Of a stretch of 64,000 nucleotides of DNA, positions 62,955 through 64,000 are shown one piece after another. Source of the DNA: Mobula hypostoma (Eukaryota); contig NC_086097.1 of NCBI RefSeq assembly GCF_963921235.1, forward strand, positions 160,148,001-160,212,000, read 5' to 3'. Position numbers and translations under genes: made by a program. Every line of letters begins with the position of its first letter. The stretch's first letter is position 1. The notes under the pieces are model-generated. The model was not told the DNA's origin, made no database searches, and saw only the letters and a program-made list of their open reading frames with translations.

Positions 62955-64000
62955 GGCAGCGGGAGTGTTTAAAAGTGAGAAGATTAACAGAGCAGGCAAC
63001 GGAGTAGAGGGAGACAGAGTAGGAAGGTTTTGGCTCGAGCGGCTTTGGCGAGCAGAGGCTGATGAAGAGCTTGACTCCAAGTGAGGTAAGGCCGGGTAAG
63101 TTCCTTTAATAAATCTAATTACCTTAAGAGTAGGTAATGGAGGGAGCAGTTAGGGAAGTTGAGTGCTCCAATTGCAGTATGTGGGAAGTCAGGGCAAGCA
63201 CAATCGTCCTTGATGACTACACCTGTAAAAGGTGCACCCAGCTGCAGCTCCTGACAAGCCGAGTTAGGGAACTGGAACTGAGGCTGAATGAACTTTGGAT
63301 CATTCAGGAGGCAGAGGCAGAAATAAACAGGAGTTACAGGGAGATAGTCACCCCTAAGAGTCAGGAGATAGGTAACTGGGTGACTGTCACGAGAGGGAAG
63401 GAGAATAGACAGAATGAGCAAAGCACCCCTGTGCCTGTTCCCACCAATAATAAGTACATCGTTTTGGATACTGTTGGTGGGGACGACCTACCAGGGACAA
63501 GTTGCAGTGGTTGCATCTCTGGCACCGAGATGGGACCCTCAGCTCAGAAGGGAGGGGGGAAAGAGGAGAGCAGTAGCGATAGGGGATTCGATAGTTAGGG
63601 GGACAGATAAGAGTTTCTGTAGAAGAGATTGAGAATCCCGGATGGTCTGTTGCCTCCCTGGTGCCAAGGTCCGCGATATCTCGGACCGAGTTCTCAGTAT
63701 TCCCAAGAGGGAGGGTGAGTAGCTGGATGTCGTGGTCCATGTAGGGACCAATGACGTGGATACGAAGAGTGAGGAGGTCCTGAAAGGTGAGTTTAGGGAG
63801 TTAGGTGCCAAGTTAAAGGACAGGACCTCCAAGATAGCAATCTCAGGATTGCTACCAGTGCCACGTGCTGGCGAGTTTAGAAATAGTAAGATAGCGCAGA
63901 TCAACATGTGGCTGAAAACATGGTGCAGGAGGGAGGACTTCAGATTTATAGATAATTAGGCAGTTTTCCAGGGAAGGTGGGACCTGTTCCGGCAGGACGG
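62955..64000 (+). mobile_element. CR1 LINE 5' end: 5' UTR and ORF1 (zinc finger/coiled coil + SGNH esterase), runs off the window
   Basis: ATG at 63137; CSNC…CKRC, then LTSRVRELELRLNEL; IGDSIVRG; VHVGTNDV; ISGLLPVP; frameshift and stop present. Confidence 0.92.

Overview
Eukaryotic, repeat-dominated DNA, most likely intronic or intergenic sequence of a cartilaginous fish (probably a ray or skate). This is inferred from the repeat repertoire: many CR1 LINEs with (TTCTATG)n-type tails, V-SINE/HE1-like and Deu-domain SINEs, Penelope-like GIY-YIG elements and Rex1/Babar-like LINEs. I could not support any host protein-coding exon, and every ORF I could assign is transposon-derived. Main items: (1) a decayed ERV-L-like (class III) retroviral pol relic at ~54710-58550, split by a 1.38 kb solo LTR with a 5-bp TSD; (2) a fold-back Tc1 (D34E) element made of two inverted transposase 3' halves that share a frameshift, with a CR1 inside one arm (4851-9325); (3) a CR1-group LINE with a tRNA-like Pol III head at its 5' end, apparently inserted as one unit (~16609-19920); (4) a two-LTR Gypsy element with PNMA-like gag, tRNA-Pro PBS, PPT, 4-bp TSD and deleted RT core (30722-36672); (5) several three-level nested insertions. 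Family assignments come from motif recognition by eye, not database searches. Boundaries without a stated TSD are approximate.
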